DNA of 64,000 nt from Camelus dromedarius (GCF_036321535.1 NC_087444.1:39556001-39620000); one strand, 5' to 3'; positions 25,291-38,000 are shown, counted from the stretch's first letter. The notes: generated from the sequence alone by a model not told the origin. Numbers and translations are program-made.

Positions 25291-25411
25291 ATTTTTTTGG
25301 GGGGTGCAATTAGGTTTATTTATTCATTTTTTTTTTATGGAGTTACCTGGGATTGAACCCAGGACCTTGTGCATGCTGAACACTGTACTCTACCACTGAG
25401 CTATACCCGAC
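25291..25411 (-). mobile_element. Camelid tRNA-derived SINE (Vic-1 type), second copy
   Basis: gggattgaacccaggaccttgtgcatgctgaacactgtactctaccactgagctatacc, with the same taggtttatttatt tail linker as the first copy. No clear TSD. Confidence 0.85.
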
Positions 25412-26769
25412 CATCCCCCTAGCCCCGAACTCTTCAATCAGTGAAATTCTCTCGTGGGGAGTACTAACATCCCTAGGCATGCAATTTTCAATTCTTTGTC
25501 AAGAACTACAAGGTCTTAACAGAGTACTACTGAAAGCTTTCCCAGTACAGCTCTGGTTCTCACTTCTGCTTCACTCTCACTGGGACTTGCCTCAGCGTTT
25601 GGTAACCAAATATGACTAATACTTCCCACTTCTGACATTTATGACGCTATGTTCCCATTATGTTGAAAACCCTTCTTCTATTTCATTACCTTGTTACTTT
25701 TCTTCATATATGACAGCTGAAGTTAGGTGACACATCTTCTACAAAGACTTCTTGAATCCCTAAAACTAACCTAAGTGTCCATCTTTCACCTTATGCAAAT
25801 GGTGCTTTTTAGCAATTGGCATAAAATTATACCCAATGAAAAGTAAATCTCTTATCCCAAATTCCTTAATGCATATTCCAGATATACTCTTTCAGTAGCT
25901 TCCTGTATACCCAAGAGAAATAATCTAAGCAAATATGTTTAAGTGATTCTCCTTTAATTTGTTAATCTAACCAAACTGTACACATTATTCTTTACTCATA
26001 TTTTGTATTTCCTAGTTGTACATATTGGATATTGTTCCACATCACATGGTGCTTTATAAACCAATTATCATAATTCTCACAATGCATTTACGTTGTTGGC
26101 TTAAACATTTGTTTTTTAATTGGGCAATTTCCACCTTTGAAGACAAGGGATAACTTGCTTATCTATGTAGTTGGATATCAACAAGGGTGGCAGGCATTAA
26201 GCCATTCAGGATAGAGTTGTTGAACAAACTAAAGTGAATTTAGTTTCTAATCATTAATGTATTTTTATTATAATGAGTAATGTTCATACTGTATCAACAT
26301 TACTTTGGAAATTCCAATAACTATTATGTTAATGTTTCAGCTTTATAGGGGCAATGCTATTCAACCTTAAATTGTAAAGCAGATTTTATTGTACTCACTG
26401 TGGCTTAAAAAAAAAAAAAAGACAGATTAGGGATTTGAAGTACCTTAAACACCGATTCATTTAAGGAGAGAAACAATTCAGGAAGCCATCACTAACATCC
26501 TCCTGCACAAGCATTGCATGCATGGAATCAGCTCTGCCCTTTTGAAAATTTTTAGCTGACCTTTAGAGAAAGCCGAGCTTCTGGGGCTCAGCAGGAAGGA
26601 CACAGTGTCACTAGTACTATTACCAATATCGAACAAAGGAAAACTGAAACATTTAAAAAGATGTCCTTGATTACTTAACAGCTTTTATTTTTTAAGCTCA
26701 TGAATAGGGGTGGGCTTTTAAAAACAGCAAATATTTAAGTGCAGATCTCGCCTGTGTGTGGGTGTGTGT

Positions 26770-26945
26770 GTTTGGAAGTCCCATTCTACCACTTAACTAG
26801 TTGTACGGGTTGATCAGTTTCTGTAACCCTTTTCTCCAATTCTTTACCTGTAAAATAGTCACAGTGAGGCACATAGCACAGTTTCATCGCAAGGACTGAA
26901 TACTGAAAGTAACACAGAAGTTACCAAGCACACATGCTGACAGTG
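26770..26945 (+). mobile_element. MIR
   Basis: ctaccacttaactagttgt...tttacctgtaaaatag...aagcacacatgctgaca. Confidence 0.55.
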
Positions 26946-27229
26946 CGGAGGAAAGACCTGGCTGTTAATTGGGGTTTGGGAGTTCTAGTTCTGGTTTTGC
27001 TGCTAACTTAACTCCCTTTTGATCCTTCTCCCCTTGTGATCTAATGAGAAGTGTGGACTGGACGCTCAGAGAGTCCCTTTCAATTCTTCAAGTAGAACAC
27101 CATTATTTATGCTTCATCTGTATCCTCCCAAGGGCATGGCTTTCTCATTTAACTTCATTTTAAGTTTACAAGACATTCCTTTTTCATGTCATGCACAATT
27201 GTCAAGAACTTATTGAAGAATTGACTCTT

Positions 27230-27900
27230 CCAAAATTAGGAAATGTACTGAGGAAAAATTAATACAAGGGGGATGTCTGATGAGAAAACCAATGTCAAAG
27301 AGATGGGAGGGAGATTCTAAGATGACAGTTGCATGGTAGTTCTGGGAAGCAACCAGTGTAGGCTGGAGCAGGAGACTGTGGGCATCTAGATGGAGGTCAT
27401 CAGGGAAAAGAAAAAATAAAAGAAACTAGTAAGTTATCTGACTTTTTGGATTGTTTAATGAGTTATCTTGAAAGGCATTTTTAAAGAGCTCTGGGAAAAT
27501 GTGGAAACACTTGGATTTTCACAGGAAGAATGGTTTTAAAAATGGGACAATTATTATCAATAATCAAAACAAAAAAAGTTTTTCAAGACAAAGAATTAAG
27601 TCATAGTACATTTCTTCATTCAGTAATGAGCACTATTTATGTAGATGAAGCAATAACAATGAAATATTTATCTGAAAATAGAGACATAATTTATTTGGTA
27701 GAAGGGGGAAAGGGCAGATGAGTGAAAGAACTCCGTCCACATCTAAAATAAAAGGAAAACAAACCTGACTATTCGGGAGATAGTAGGATGCACGTATCAT
27801 TTAGACAATATAAAAAGTGAAATGAACTAAAGGGTAAAAATTTGTTGGGAGGAAGGTTTGCTTCTGGTAGCAGGATAAGGATAAAAAAAAGAAAAATATT
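27230..27900 (-). mobile_element. Degenerate L2, antisense
   Basis: Purine-rich, with L2-like segments (gagatgggagggagattctaag...atctgactttttggattg). Confidence 0.4.
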
Positions 27901-29094
27901 GGACTGTGGTTTTATGTTATAAACATTTCACTACTACTTGTAAACCTGATACACAGTCTCTTTTTTTTCTTTCAAGCATCTTCAGTAAGGCTATGGAATA
28001 ACAGACAAAGGGAGCTTGTTAACTATGGCATATGTAGAATGAGATTTCAGTTTCACTAAACATTGATAATACTAAATATATTCTTTCAGCTGTTTCTCAC
28101 AGACATATTGTATGGTAAATTTTATTATCAACAAATATTATAAAGGAAGAGAGCAAGGTTGAAGGAAGTCATGCTATCAACAGATAGTAGTGAAAAGAAT
28201 CACATTTGAGTCTTGATTTTAAACAGCATGTAATTGCCTTTGCAGAGCACTACCACTTTGACTAAAAACTTCTACTCCTAGTTAACTGAGTGAGATACAA
28301 GAGCTTTGGAGTTGCTCGTGACCCCTTCAACTCCTACTTCCAAATAATTAGGACCACTTCGAATATAGTGGCCTGCACCTGTCCGTGGGGAGGTCTGACG
28401 TCAGGGATACAAGCCCTAAGAGCCTCTTGCTACCTTGTACATAATGGCAATAGCTTTGCAGTTCAACAGGTTAAAAAAAAAAAAGCTACAAGGAAAACAC
28501 AAGAGTGTTATATTATAGTGATTTCCATTGTAGCAGAATTTTGTTTGCTGTTGCTAGGAAGAAAATATAAATAATTAAAAATAATATGCACAAAACAGAC
28601 CTGACAAGTAATGAGATAATTTTTCTTTGTGTGTAGACACTGAGTTTGCAATTTTATCCTCCAGTGCTTCTGAGCATTCTTTTACGTTTATCGATTGCTG
28701 ATAATAGTTGCCATTAACAAAATGATATTCCAGAGGCCAAACCTCAGCACTTCTGGCAGAAGAGAGAATTTCAGCATTATAAAGAAACATACATACTGCT
28801 TCATTTTTAGTACTCTGCTTCTGCACAGACCTCTCAAATAGGATGGAGCCATAGGGGTACTTTCTGTCTTCACTATGAACTGCCTGGTACCTGGTATCTT
28901 TAAGTTATGAGGATAACTATTAGTAGTAGTAGTATTACTAATGATAATAACACAGGAGGAAATGGCAGAAAATTATTATTGTTGAAATACGGTTTCTTTC
29001 CCGGGAAACCTATTTTTATGCAAGGACCAATATGATTTGACCGTGACCAATACTTACTAATACATACTTTGTTATCTTCTAAATGCCACCATTG

Positions 29095-29250
29095 GTTTAT
29101 CCATCCACACATGGATGGATGCATGCATCTGTTCAAATGTTTAACCAACAGTTACCAGGTACCCACCACATGCCTGACCTGGTTTTACGTCCAGTGACAC
29201 AGAGCTGATAAGCACAGTTCAAAACCTTTATGGTAGGAGTAGGAGAATGC
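29095..29250 (-). mobile_element. L2 3' end, antisense
   Basis: catctgttcaaatgtttaacc...acccaccacatgcctgacc...gacacagag. Confidence 0.45.
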
Positions 29251-29388
29251 AAGGACATAGTTTCAATTCAAAAATGCAGATGGGGTAATTGAAAGTCTTG
29301 TGGAAAGACTTAGGAGTTTCTGGAGAATGGTCTGGTAACTATTTTATGTGTATTTCTCCAAACTTTTTCCTATGTACATAAAAATGTA

Positions 29389-29391
<3 letters not shown>

Positions 29392-29428
<37 letters not shown>

Positions 29429-29442
29429 TGCGCGTGCGCGTA
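29392..29442. repeat. (GA)17 microsatellite joined to an alternating purine-pyrimidine tract gtgtgcgcgtgcgcgta
   Basis: Seen directly. Confidence 0.95.
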
Positions 29443-30904
29443 GTTTCAGAGATTTTTTTATTACAAAAATGCAATCACACTAAACATTTTGTTTGGCAAA
29501 TCGCTTCTTTTTTTTTTTTTTTTTTTTTCACTCAACAATCTCTCTTGGGCATCTTTCCCTCTCAGCGCACGAAGTTTTGCCTCAGTGTGGTAAAGAGCTT
29601 TATAGTAAATAAACCCCAGCTTGAGTCCAGGGTGAACTCATCTCAGTCTGCTACCTCAGGATTCCCCGCATGATTGGTTCTGCTAGGTCTTTTCACAGGG
29701 AGGGAGAGAGCTGAGACTCAAGGAAATACATCTGGGTCCAAGGGAAGAGCTGATTCTAAACATGTCTGCGTTTTGCCTCTCTGTCATCCAGCCCAGCTCC
29801 CTTGATTCTTGCTGACAGGAGTGGCTCTAGAAGAATGAGTAAGAATTATAGTCCCTCTCTCATCTCTCACTTTGTACCGTGCACCTGATGCTGAGACACT
29901 GGGAGAGTCAAGAAGCGGAAATCAAACAGTAATGAAAGCCCAGTTTCACTCGATGCTCTCCACATGGAACAATATCTAGAGTTTGCATTACAAACACTAC
30001 CTTTATGATATACTCTAATGTCACACGCTGAAGTGATCTTGACTAAGTCTTACCTGCCCACTGAGCTGTAGGTGGAGGGAAGGTGAAACAGTGGAGAGTT
30101 GTGTTTTTTTGTTTTTTGTTTTAAGTTTGACCTCGGGGTCTTAATCTTTAAATAAGATTAGGTGACCACCTAAAACATATTTTTGACTCAGCTTGTCACC
30201 AAAATTTAGAGCAATTTTTTCTTAAATTAAGCATATCATCTTATTGAACCTTACATTAATTTTGAGAGTAATGGAGAGTGGGAATTAGGAATATATCACG
30301 TAAATATATTTAAGTCAAAGCAAATCCTATGTTCTTTGTTTCAACAGCTATTAGGAGAGAAAGATTTTAAATAAGGAGAATTAAAAGCATAAATTGAGAA
30401 GAACATATACTTCACATGTTCCTTATGTTTCTAACTTAAACACATTTCAAAATGTCTTCAAATATTGATGACAAGAAGCTACTATTTTTATTCTCCCAGG
30501 ACAAAGAGAGAAGATGTTTATCTTACACAGATTTTTGACTTACTGAACATTGTTTTTTTTTTTCCCCTTGACAAACGTGTCCTTTCATTGGTTTAATAGC
30601 TGAACAAATGGCACTTTCAATCTTGTGTAATTTGGTCTAAGTATCTGTCATTTCCTAGGATTAATGCCAGATGGACACTGAGAACATTTCTAAGAATTCA
30701 CTGCTAAAATACAGAGAGGGTCCTAATACACACCTGGTCACAATGAGAGTGTGACGGATAAGAGAGGCATGTATTTAACAGCAGGATATACAGATGGCTT
30801 TGCAATTAGAGTGCAAGATTGGAGTTGACCTCTTAGAGTAAAATGCAACAAAACAAGGGCCAAAAGCCTGGTTTACCTCTTCTTTTAAATGACTATGGAC
30901 TCAC

Positions 30905-31090
30905 TTCACTAAGCATTTGCCATGTACAGGGCACTGGGCTACGCATAGTCCTCAAAACAAGGTTTAGTGCTTATGCTCATTCTAAAGATAAGGAAATACA
31001 CTCCAAGGTTAAAGACATACCTAATTCACATTTTTTAAAGTGGCAGAAGTGGAATTTTAATCCAGAGCTCTCCAGCATCAAACCTGTGTA
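30905..31090 (-). mobile_element. MIR antisense
   Basis: ctcattctaaagataaggaaatac...aaggttaaagacataccta...agtggcagaagtggaattttaatccag. Confidence 0.6.
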
Positions 31091-32230
31091 TATTCCACGG
31101 CATTTTGGAGGATTATGAAATCTTATAATTTGGGGGCTGAGAAGGAAAACCAGTCGCACCCAACCATGTGTTCAACCATTTTGCTTGCAAAATTTGTAAC
31201 AAAACTAGCACATCCTGATTGGTTTAAAAATGTTTTCTCTCCCGATGGATTGTGAACATACTGTGGACAGTGACCATATTTTCTACTTTGTCCCCCTCTG
31301 TGGCCTTTTATCACTGGAACATAGTAAATGCTTAGTAGTTTTTTGATGCATGAATTTAACTTCAAGTATAAAGGTGCAGACAATGTTGTTTTTCTCTCAC
31401 TTTACTGTCAATTTATCCCCTTCTATTAATACTCTCATTTTGTCATCTTTCTACCTCCCTCTTGCCTTAATTTTATCAACATTATGTTTACACATATTTG
31501 CCCAAGGTTTAGCTCATCTGGACATGGTTATTACATGATTGCTGTTCTAAGGAACTTGTGTGCATGCAGGGGTGATATGAAAAATTACACATTAATTTAT
31601 GATAATTTATGGAAAATGAGAAGTAATGGATAGATAATGACTGCTTGTTGGAAACTTTTTGCAGTGCTATTTATTCCATTTTAAAAAATCCAGGAATTCC
31701 TATGATGTACGACATTACAAAACTGCACAGTACATAAAGGTTGTTTATAAAGATTGTATATACTTTTAGCTTTTAACTGATCAAATATCTTTAAATATTT
31801 AAGAAGTTTGCTTTTTAATAAAAGCTGTAAATATATGAAAAGTGTAAAATTGGCATCATGTTGGAGGAGGGATCACATATACTGCAGATTTAAATAAAAG
31901 TCTATGACAATTAAGATGAATAGAGAACATGATAGAAAAGAATAGCTGTTAAAAAATATTCTTTAGTGAAACGTCATAGCACTAATCAAGCAGCAGTCTG
32001 GGTGTGAACAGCCAATAGCTGCAATCAATATGAGGAACCTTGTGAGGGAAGTGGGTATTCCAAATGGGAATATTGCAACAAAAGCTACCAGGGACGAGAG
32101 TTAAACATGTGTAATGAATACTCTGCGTTTTCCACATCTGAACTATGAAACACATGAATAATCAAAATTCAGTTCATGCATACATACGAGGTTCTAGAAT
32201 AGCTTAGTAATGCCAGGTTCAGACAATATG

Positions 32231-32440
32231 CAATCGATCCTTGAACAACATGGGTCTGAACTGTGCAGGTCTACCTTGTTTTTTCAATAAATATATACTA
32301 CAGTGCTATATAATCGGTCGATGGTTGAATCCACAAGTGCAGAACCCCGGATATGGAGGGCTGACTGTAAAGTTATAAACTGATTTTTGATTGCATGCAG
32401 GTTGGAACCCCTAACATCTGAGCTGTTCAAGGGTCACATG
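32231..32440. mobile_element. MER8/Tigger2-derived MITE
   Basis: Terminal inverted repeats caatcgatccttgaacaacatggg / ctgttcaagggtcacatg, flanked by TG and TA (degenerate TA TSD). Confidence 0.8.
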
Positions 32441-32544
32441 TATAGAATGTATATTCCACCTTCTGTCTTCTCTTTTTCTCCTTTATTTTTCACCTTTATC
32501 TTTCATTTTTTTCTTATTAAAAATGTACTTTCTTATTAAAAATG

Positions 32545-32735
32545 AACTTTAACAAAAGTTCAGATTTTGATTCAGTAGCTCTGGAGTAGAGCCTGGCATT
32601 TTACATTTCTTTCTTTTTTTCCCTCCAGCCTTATTAAGATATAACTACATGTAACATTGTATATGTTTAAGGTGTACAGCATGTTGATTTGATACATTTA
32701 TATGTCACAATTCTAACAAGCTCCCAAGTTATGCT
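32545..32735. mobile_element. MER5A fragment interrupted by a short antisense L1 3' end (~32601-32710)
   Basis: gattcagtagctctggagtagagcctggcattttacatttct | T-rich start plus ttattaagatataac...atgttgatttgatac | ttctaacaagctcccaagttatgctaatgctg. Confidence 0.65.
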
Positions 32736-33409
32736 AATGCTGTATTGTATATGCGAGGTCCAAAATTATACCTGCACTCCAAATGATTAGCTCAGATACA
32801 GACCCTGCAGAGATTGTCTTAATTCATTGCAAAACAGAGAAAACTCTAATTTAGGTGGTATCGTGGTCTTCCATATTTCCCTAAACAGAGCATAAAAGTT
32901 GTTTCTTGCTATTGGGAAAGTTCTGGAGGTGTTCCAATGATTTGTGGCTGTCTCATCTATGAAATAAAAATAACCATGAATGTCTCATGTGATTCTAATA
33001 AAGGTGAAGTAAAAAGATGTGCAGATATCTCAAAATGAGAATTATGCAAGAGATGGTAATTAATATATACTGTTAATATTTTTGTATAATTGTGCTTTTG
33101 ATAAAATTATATGGCTTACAGATATCTCAATATCTTCACAATGTTTCCAAACTAATCTTTTTTTTCTGATAAGAATTGGAAGCAAACTTAGATGCAGGTC
33201 AAAGCAGTCAGATTGTCAGTCATGAGTTTCAAGGCAGATTAATCATCTTTCTGTTTTAACTCATTTTCTCTCCCTCTTTTAAAACTTCTAATGACTCCTC
33301 ATTGCTAATATGTTTAGACCCAAAGCTAGATAACAGAAAGTAAGATTTACATCCTATTGCATTGTAGACTCACTCATGTAGTACTTGTCTGTGTTCCTGC
33401 CAAGAAAGC

Positions 33410-33620
33410 TATGTGCATTTATTCAATCATCAGAAATACTGTGGCATCTACTAAGGGCAGGTTACTGTGCCAGACACTGAGAAGATACAGATGAGTAATA
33501 AAATTCTCCATTCTTAATGAGATCATAGGATTCCTACAGAGATAGATATTTCAGATAAATGAATGTTAGAACTTAGCAGAGGAAATCTCAGACAAGAATT
33601 GGAACAGGAGAAACAGGCAT
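33410..33620 (-). mobile_element. L2 3' end, antisense
   Basis: catttattcaatcatcagaaatactgtggcatctactaagggcaggttactgtgccagacactg. Confidence 0.55.
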
Positions 33621-33624
33621 ATAA

Positions 33625-33950
33625 CTTAAACTAGAACAACAAGATGATAAGTTTTAGAGATCTGCAATACAACATAGTGCCTATAGTTAACAACATGGCA
33701 TCGTTCACCTTAAAACATGTTAAAGGTTAGATCTCGTGTTAAATGTTCTTACACACACACAGAACAAAGGGACACAAGGAAACTTCTGAAGGTAATAAAT
33801 GTTTATTTTGATTGTAGTGAATATATCATATGCATATGTATGAATATATCATGTGCATATGTGTATGTTGAAACTAATCAATTGTACACAGTAAGTGCAC
33901 CTTTTTTTTTGGTATGTCAGTTATACCTCAACAAAGCTGTAAAAACATAA
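33625..33950 (+). mobile_element. L1MA-like 3' end
   Basis: ataagttttagagatctgcaatacaacatagtgcctatagttaacaac...gtatgtcagttatacctcaacaaagctg. Contains a 23-bp tandem duplication at 33818-33863. Confidence 0.8.
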
Positions 33951-34329
33951 ATTAGACTAGAACATATGTTCAGGGAAGGCATTAAGTATGAAGAGATACT
34001 TGAACCAGTGGTTAGAAATAAACTGAGGTCCTTCAATGCATGAGTTTAAACAAAATTCTAGAAACATGGTAGAGCATGGGAGTTTTCCTGTTACTGAAAT
34101 CTGCAACACCTCTTAATGCCTCCATGCATTGCAAATGCTAATTGTGTTTACCCTACATGTATCCCTTTATCTCTTCTACAATTGGTTCCTATTAATTTAT
34201 CAATATCAAGTGAAAAGATAAACTCTTTTGTGAGGTCTATTTCATTATTCAAGCTGGGGTATTTATGCCTTCCTTTGACTTGATGGTCCAAAAAATGACA
34301 CATCTCCTTTTTAGTGGATTCTATTATGT

Positions 34330-35000
34330 CACAAGATCCTCTCTTGAAGACTAGTGTTTCTGATCACCAACTGATAGATGAAGAAGTAGGATGAGTGTGT
34401 TATTTACAGAGGTTGGCTCCATATGTGAGTGTGAAATAAATATTGACTGCTGTAGACCATCCCCACTAATGAGTGGTCATGAAAGACAGCAGAGAGAGAG
34501 AGAGAGAGAAAGACAGTGGGAAGATCTCTGAATGGTGCACATGGTCATCCAATATGTGTGAAAAGAATAGTAGCCTGAGACAAGAATGTGCATGGACTTA
34601 TAGGTAGTAGCAAATGGATAACCTAATTGGTCAGGGATCTAGAAAGAAAGCGATTGGAAGATTATGGTTAAGGAGATCTAGAGAGCAAGCAGGCAGATGG
34701 ACACAGGAGACTGAGCAGAGTCTACTAACTTTATAATGCATGTTAACACCCACCAGAGAGCATCTACCATGGGGAAGACCCTAAAGACCAAGAAGACAGC
34801 GTGAACCAGCCAACTGACTTCAGTTAGCGTCTATCATTGGTCATTTTGGGGAAGTGCATCTTGGTGCAGGAACATACTAGCCAAGGTGTGGGGATAGAGG
34901 CTGTATGGGTCAACAGCATGGACTTCCATTCGCTAAGACTGATAAGGTATTGCTACAAAACCAACATGATGGGAACAGAGATCAATGCTGATGATAGCCC
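34330..35000 (+). pseudogene. ERVL pol remnant (RNase H to integrase Zn-finger region), heavily interrupted by stops
   Basis: The frame from 34514 reads QWEDL*MVHMVIQYV*KE**PETRMCMDL*VVANG*PNWSGI*KESDWKIMVKEI*...HVNTHQRAST, and QQHGLPFAKTD from 34911. These match recalled ERVL pol motifs (QWAELRAVH, WSGTWKEHDWKI, HVNAHQR, QQHGLPLTKAD). Confidence 0.85.
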
Positions 35001-35004
35001 CAAA

Positions 35005-35234
35005 GATGGTATTCTGTTTACAGACTGCCTTTGAACTCGAGTTTGCAACATCAGTTTGTCTCTGGGCCTCCAGCCTGGAGGTCTGCCCTGAAAATTTCAG
35101 ACTTGTCAGGTTCCTTAATTGTGAGTTAATTTCTTAAAATCTCTCCCTCCCCTTCTCTCTCTCACTCTCCATCTCTTTTCCTCTCTATATACATCATATT
35201 GACTCTGCTTCCCTAGATAAATCTGACTAATACA
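35005..35234 (+). mobile_element. MLT2 (ERVL) LTR, 3' half
   Basis: ctgccctgaaaatttcagacttgtc...ttcttaaaatctctc...tctgactaataca, the typical MLT2 end. Confidence 0.8.
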
Positions 35235-36924
35235 GCCCTGTGAAAGAGACTAGCTCTAGCAAGTACTCTAGCAAGATAAACTCAAACTCCTCTGTAACAT
35301 AAGACTATCTACTTTATGACAACATATAATTTACCTGAATTAAATTTAGATTACTGTAGTTTAAGCAAATGTCGATGAGGGTTGTCTTGCTTTTGTTTTT
35401 ATTTATTTTTAAAAGCAGAGTAACAATTTTTAAAAAATAAAAACCCCCAATATCTTCATGATGCACTGTCTGTGGCCATCAGAAATCAATCTATTTTCAG
35501 ATAATCTGCTTAAGGATTAGACGGATTAGCCAATACTTCTTATTAATCAACCCTTAAGCTTTAATTTCATTTAAAACCAGCTTCATTGGAATAATGGTGG
35601 GTTATTTTTTATCTCTTTAAAAAATAAGCAAGAGAAGAATTTGTGAAAATTAAGCTGGATTTTGATTTGTGTTCACAGTTGTTGCTATTTATGATTGCAC
35701 TTTTAAAATTGAAATTGCTATTTGGTACACAGTATTAATACAAATTTGATCTGATTTCAAAGGCTTGATCATATTTTACTGCTCTATGTCCTTTTCACTT
35801 TGTGACTTACATTACTGGAATAAATTATTTCTAAAGGAAGGAAGATTATGGCATTTTCACAATTTCACTATTTTCATACCATAGTAATATGTTTAATATT
35901 CATTTTCCAAGGAGCATAGAAGTCATTTTCCTTCCAGGGAAGGATGGATCACTATTGATGTATATCATTGACAGTCAACTGGCCTGGCCCTTGATTCTTT
36001 ATTTTAGTTCAATGTTTCAGAAACAAGAAAAAGACTTATTTTTGAGCATTTCTCTAAGTTGACATATATAACTACACATTAACTAAATCAAACCATGACA
36101 CAGCTGTCTACCTCACAATGGTTAAAGAGCATCTGTATCAGATTCAAGCAGCATCATTTGCCAACAACACTCCTTTGGTCATGAGAAAATGCTTGCCACT
36201 TTATTCATAGTCACCCCTGAGTTACTGCAATGGAATGAATTAGATAAGAACTTGATGGAGCTATCAGAAGCAGTATAATTAATTTCCCTCAAAAGAGCAG
36301 ATTTTCTTTCACAACAGAAGTATAGATGTCACTTCTGATGGTTTCATTCAGTAAGACACAAAATACTTGATTGGGCAATAGCCTGATTGCAGACAGTTTG
36401 GGTGGCTGACCTAGCACCTTGATTAAAGTATTGACTTTGATTTCTGCGTTCTGGGAAAACTGCAATTAAATGAAGGCAACACACAAGTCATAATAAAAAC
36501 AATGTTTATAATCACATCCTCTCTGCCACGTGGAAGAGTATGAGCAAGATGTGCGTAGTGGTTGAGATTAGGGTCTGTTTACTGCTGTGCGTCTTTACAA
36601 CCTGAATCTCCCCCGTTCCCAGAAAACACAGAGCAATAAGCCAGTTAAAGCACGCATAGGTACTTCTGAATCAGAAGCTCCATATCCCAGAGACAACAAT
36701 CTTTCCTCCTTACCTATGCAACATGAAGATGGAATATGGATGAATAGTAGGACCATTTCTCTGGAAATTCAGATTATGTTTATTTAATGGTATTTTCAAT
36801 TAGCTGTTCAAGGAAGCTGAAATGAACCTTTTCTATAAGAGGCTAAAGATAGAAAATCATCTCTAAACCCAATGGATCAGACTAGATTAGGTATGGGAAA
36901 TATAAAAAGGAAATGAAGAAAATG

Positions 36925-37125
36925 TTTTACCAGTTCTAAGACACTGTGCTCAGTGATTTTATTTCACTTCATTTTCAGGAAAAAAATTCCGAGGGTTATA
37001 TATTGTCTTTATTATATAAATGAAAATGGCAAATCTTGGAGAATTTAAATATTTTGCCTGTAGTTATAACTCATAACCAGAATTCAGATCCATATCTGCT
37101 TTACCCAATACCCCTGCTCTTTCCA
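36925..37125 (-). mobile_element. MIR antisense
   Basis: agacactgtgctcagtgattttatttc...ccagaattcagatccatatctg. Confidence 0.5.
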
Positions 37126-37379
37126 CTGAACAATAATGTCTTTCTCTATAACTTAAATAATTATTTAGGTGGAAAGATTATGCTTTTATAACAAGTCTGT
37201 GGACGTTGTTAGGTCTGTAAGTGACAAAGTAGGAGACGAAAGAAAGTCCTATATTCAATGAGACCAAACGTGTGGATGTCTCTAAAAGTCACTCTATAGG
37301 ACTTGTATCCTAATATCATTTTACTGTGTTGTCCATGGTGGGTCCTAGTTCTTACTGCCAAACCCAGTTAATGTGCTCC

Positions 37380-38000
37380 AGGCCTAAATGGACTCTTTTA
37401 TTAGGTTTTTCAACTGCATTTGACATTATTGATATTGCCCTCCTAAAAGCTCTGTTCCTTTGACTCCTATGGCACCACTTTTCTTTATTCACTCTTTTAT
37501 CTTTCTTTGCTTCCTTCATGGACTTCACTTCCTCTGTGTGTCTCTTAAATATTCATATTTTTATGTGTTCTCTGCTAATTTCATTCTTTCCTTTAACATC
37601 TCCATCTGGGTGATCTCATCCACTCTCTTGGTTGTAATTCTCATTTATATGCTAATGACCCCATTTGTAGGCAAGTATGAACTTATTCTGAAATTCAGAG
37701 CTCTATATCCAGTGCCATAGATGTATCTCCTTTTGAATGTTCCCAAGAAAACTCAACCTCTCATACCCAAAATAAATGCATCTTTCTTCCCAATGTGCAT
37801 CGTACATGGTCCCCTATATTCCAAATAAATGCCATCATTCACCTAGTCACTAAATCCGGAAACTTGAACATCACCCGAAACCCATCCATCTTCATCACCA
37901 TGATGCAACCTATCAAACTCCAAAATATATTCATTATAACTTCTACATAATATGGATGTTTTTGAGCATGTTTTCCACCTTCTGCCCAAATCCTAGATTA
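37380..38000 (+). mobile_element. L2
   Basis: ctgcatttgacattattga...ctctcttggttgtaattctcatttatatgctaatgac...gaaaactcaacctctcatacccaaa. Confidence 0.65.
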
